From positions 26,738,662-26,802,661 of the forward strand of contig NC_090388.1 in assembly GCF_036365525.1 (NCBI RefSeq): 64,000 bases of DNA, in the 5' to 3' direction. Numbering within the stretch: position 1 is the stretch's first letter; every line of letters starts with the position of its first letter. The translations under genes were made by a program, and so were the position numbers. This document shows positions 60,647 through 64,000 of the stretch, one piece after another. The notes below the pieces were generated by a model. It worked only from the letters and a program-made list of their open reading frames with translations, made no database searches and was not told the origin of the DNA. The DNA comes from Heterodontus francisci (taxonomy: Eukaryota).

Positions 60647-60652
60647 AATAAA
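60647..60652 (+). terminator. Candidate polyadenylation signal for the tetraspanin (alternatives at 59940 and 60718)
   Basis: AATAAA followed by T/GT-rich sequence, downstream of the stop codon. Confidence 0.35.
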
Positions 60653-61199
60653 TGTGTCTATTTCAATATTTCTTATCCTTAGTTTCCTCTCAACTCTTCC
60701 ACTGCCTTCTCTTTCTGAATAAAACAAAATCTCACATCTACTCTGATTTAAGTGGTTAGTCTCAAAATAAGATAACAGGGAATTAAGCCAGTTTTGGATA
60801 AAAACTATAATATTCCCTGAACAGGACCGTGTGTAAGGGAAATAAGGCCAACCAAAGCTTGATGTTCCTCTGACAGCAAGAATAAGAGGAAAAATATGTA
60901 AGAAAAAGAGACATTTTGAACAGGAAATTGTTTTGCCTCCTCCCCTGTCTTCACTGTATGCAGTAAGAAGTCTTATGCTGCTTCTGACCTTTTCAATCTA
61001 CAGAGCTATTTGATTGGTGTTGGATTAAAAGTTACCATTTCAGCAGTTGTTCAATGATGAAAAATGTACCTCTGTGTGGCAACCTTGGGTCAATTGTTTG
61101 AAAGAGTTAGTGTTGCAAATACACGTACTCAACACAAGAGGGTGCCAACTGTTATACTTAAAAGCCGAATGATTCTTCAAAAGATTAGATAGCCAGCGC

Positions 61200-64000
61200 T
61201 AGAAAGGCGGAAAGTTTGCGCCTGTTTTTTTTGGCACCATGGCTGCCTGTAGAACTCGGAAATGGCGTCCGTGGCAAATGCAGACACGTCTGGGGCAAAT
61301 AACGCCGGACACCATATTGGTGAAGGTGCTAGTGCACACGCAGTGCACATCCACAAGAAGTATGCAGAGTAGGCTGATCGTGATGTCAGTCAGAGTTCAA
61401 CACTGATTTGATGCCAGTGATGCCATTTTGGAGCTTATTGTTCCAGATAATGCCCAGTCTTAACCGTGCACAGCTGAACATGTATTCAGCAGCAGGAAGG
61501 ACCCCCACCAGCACTATTTAAAGGGGTCATCAACTGTTTACAGTTTAGTTGTGGTTGATTTTTTTTCTGGCTATTGGTTCAGAAAGTGTTTGTTGCTTTC
61601 TATAATAGTTTAAGGTTGCAAAAGTCTACAAGGAGTGATGTGGCAGGTGCTCAAGGTGTTTCTGCTGACTTCAACACTTCTCCACAAACCAGTTTTGCCC
61701 AGACATGGGTGCACTAGTAGGCATTTCCCTTTGGCATACAGCATGACTTTGAGAATGAATGGAGGCCATGCAGAGGAGAACAAACTGCTAGAAGAGGGAG
61801 GAGGAGGAGGAGTGGGATAGAGGCTCTCAGCAGAAGGCCATATCCACCCATGGTGTACAGGAAGCAATTTTCCTACCTGAAACTCAGTAAGGAACAGTGT
61901 ATAAAATGTCTGCCCTTCAGTAAGGCCATCCTCACTGAAATTTGCCACCAGCTGCAGTCACAACTGCAACCTCAGAGCAGAGCAACGACCTTATTGCCAG
62001 TGGTTGTGAAGATGACTGTGGCAATAAATCTTTAGGTGACTGGCTCCTTCTAGAATGGAGTTTGCCATCCACTGTTACATAAGGGGGATCAATGAGGCTC
62101 TCTATTCAATGTGAGCTAATTACATTTCATTCTATCTTGCTAGAGAAAAGCAGGCAGTGCAAGAATTCATCTTCGCTAGGACTGCAGACTTCCCCATGGT
62201 GCAGGGTCTCATTGACTGCCTGCATGTCATGTTGCGAGCTCCATATGTCATCTCTTCCCTATACAGTCCAGCTGGTGTGTGACTATCGGCAGTTCAATAC
62301 CTGGTATCCTGGCAGCAATCATGATGCCATTGTTCTGCAACAGTTCACTGTGCCAGCTGCATTTGAGCCACCATGGCAAACTAAAGGATGGCTACTGGAT
62401 GACAAAGGCTATCCACTGACAACATGGCTAATGGTTCCAGTATGCAACCCAGGCACATGTGTGGAACATGCATACATTGAAAGACATGCTGTCACGCAAA
62501 ATGTGATCGAGCAGAACACTGGTGTGCTGAAACAACACTTCCACTACCTGGATCACTTTGGAGGAGCCCTGCCATACTCGACAGAGTTGCTATCAAGATT
62601 TGTGATAGTCTGTTGCATTGCTGCACAACCTTGCCATCATGAGGGCGCAGCCCTTGCCACCAGTTATACAGTGAGCAGTTGAGGACCAGAAATATGAGGA
62701 GGAGGAGGAATGGAGAAGGCAACCCAGACAGCCCCTTTCTGACTGGGCTGTCTGTGAAGAACTTGTCTGAATGTGATATCAGTAACCGTAACCCCAGTTT
62801 CCCATTCACTGACATTCCTGCATCTTACCTGCCCTCTGTTACTATGTTAACATCCACTTGGCCACAATGCAAAAATAAAACACTGCCAAATAAGCATTGG
62901 TACCCAGTGGCTGCAGCATGGCTGGCAGAAGGCAGCTGAATTTCACTGGGAGAGACTGCAGATGGCCTTGGAGGATGACCTTGAGTAACTCTGGGCCCAG
63001 AAGACCCAGCTGCGAACTGCACCATCTAAGCATTGGTGGCAGCAGTCTGGGCTGGATGGGTGGCAAGAAACAGTAAGAGCGTGGGCAGAGTGGCAGGGAT
63101 GGAATGACGCATGGTGTCTCCCTGAGAGGGGAAAGCAGGTTCAAACTCCATGGAGCCACTGCTTCTCGCCTGGGGCTGTGCCTTTGCAATCTTAGTAACC
63201 TGTGCTTGCAATGACCAGCAGTTAGAGCATTCAGACGTTGATGGTCACTGCTTGTGCTGCAAGGGAAGCTGCGACATCGACAATCAGACACTTTATCATG
63301 GTAGGGTCTACAAGTATGCAAATGGAGTTGGCCATCACTTTCATACTGGAAAGGATGGGCTCCAAGTTCTGCATGAAGCCCTGAGCCAAATTGGTGCTGG
63401 ATTCCTTGATGATCTTTGACATTGACCACAGGCTTTCTGGCTGGCTCCCAAAGCACCAAGCATTTTTATGTGCATATCCATTAGTGTTTCTCTTATAGGC
63501 TTCCCCATTAAAGTCCTCATCGGAGTCCTCTGCAGAAGAACTCATGAGTGACCTCTCCTTGCAGCAAGCTGGCACCTGCACTATCCTTGCCTCCTGCCCT
63601 GGCTGCAGTCACTCATGCCCAGTGTGTTACCATGTGCAAATCCTGCTTCTATGCTATCCTCTAAATTACACACAGTGCCAATACCTGAACTGGTGACTGC
63701 ATGTGTGAAATCGAGTGACAGTGCGTCATCATTGTCACTCTTTTCTAGCTGTTTCTCAGATTGCACTTCTTGGGCATCTGAAAGGAGAAAGGCACAATGG
63801 TAAGGTTGTGGTGCAGCAAATAAGGAGGTGGGAGGGGATTAAGAGGTGCATGCTTACATAATTTTAACCTTGTTTATCAAAAGAGAGTGTGGGATGTGAG
63901 AAGAACAATTTGGTATGAGGATACTGTCATCTTTGAGGGATTCAGCCCCACAGCTTGCCATGGCCTCAGCAATGACCATCCCAATAATGGCTTGCACCAT
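61200..64000 (+). mobile_element. Decayed PIF/Harbinger element (transposase remnant ~61705-62710 on +, second-ORF remnant on - from ~62900), truncated by the window end
   Basis: VYRKQFSYL.LS.EQC, LPVVVKMTVA.N, QLVCD, YPGSNHDA, WLLDDKGYPL..WLM.P and VIEQ..GVLK..F..LD motifs. Confidence 0.85.

Overview
Eukaryotic, repeat-rich vertebrate DNA, very probably a shark or ray, based on HE1 SINEs, HER1/CR1 LINEs and Deu-domain SINEs. Two host genes lie head-to-head. On the + strand is a complete tetraspanin gene with 8 coding exons (TSPAN19-like, CDS 26096-59449, 756 nt, 251 aa, all GT-AG). On the - strand is the 5' part of an LRRIQ1-like gene: a CpG-island promoter with an RFX X-box at ~17.6 kb and coding exons at 9850-9728, 6761-6656 and 5440-5346. 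Much of the rest is nested transposable elements: CR1-group LINEs, a near-intact Penelope element (RT + GIY-YIG) with hammerhead-ribozyme motifs, Gypsy LTRs and a decayed integrase, decayed PIF/Harbinger elements with their MITEs, and tRNA-derived SINEs. Almost all ORFs in the supplied track are TE fragments or spurious. I found no convincing novel multi-gene system. The most unusual observations are a single-ORF LINE with a tRNA-like Pol III head plus a short head-tail derivative, hammerhead-bearing Penelope copies (one a fold-back), a templated inverted duplication inside a LINE, and a ~2 kb LTR fold-back. Gene names come from recalled similarity to the human proteins and synteny, not from a database search. 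TE boundaries without a stated TSD are approximate.
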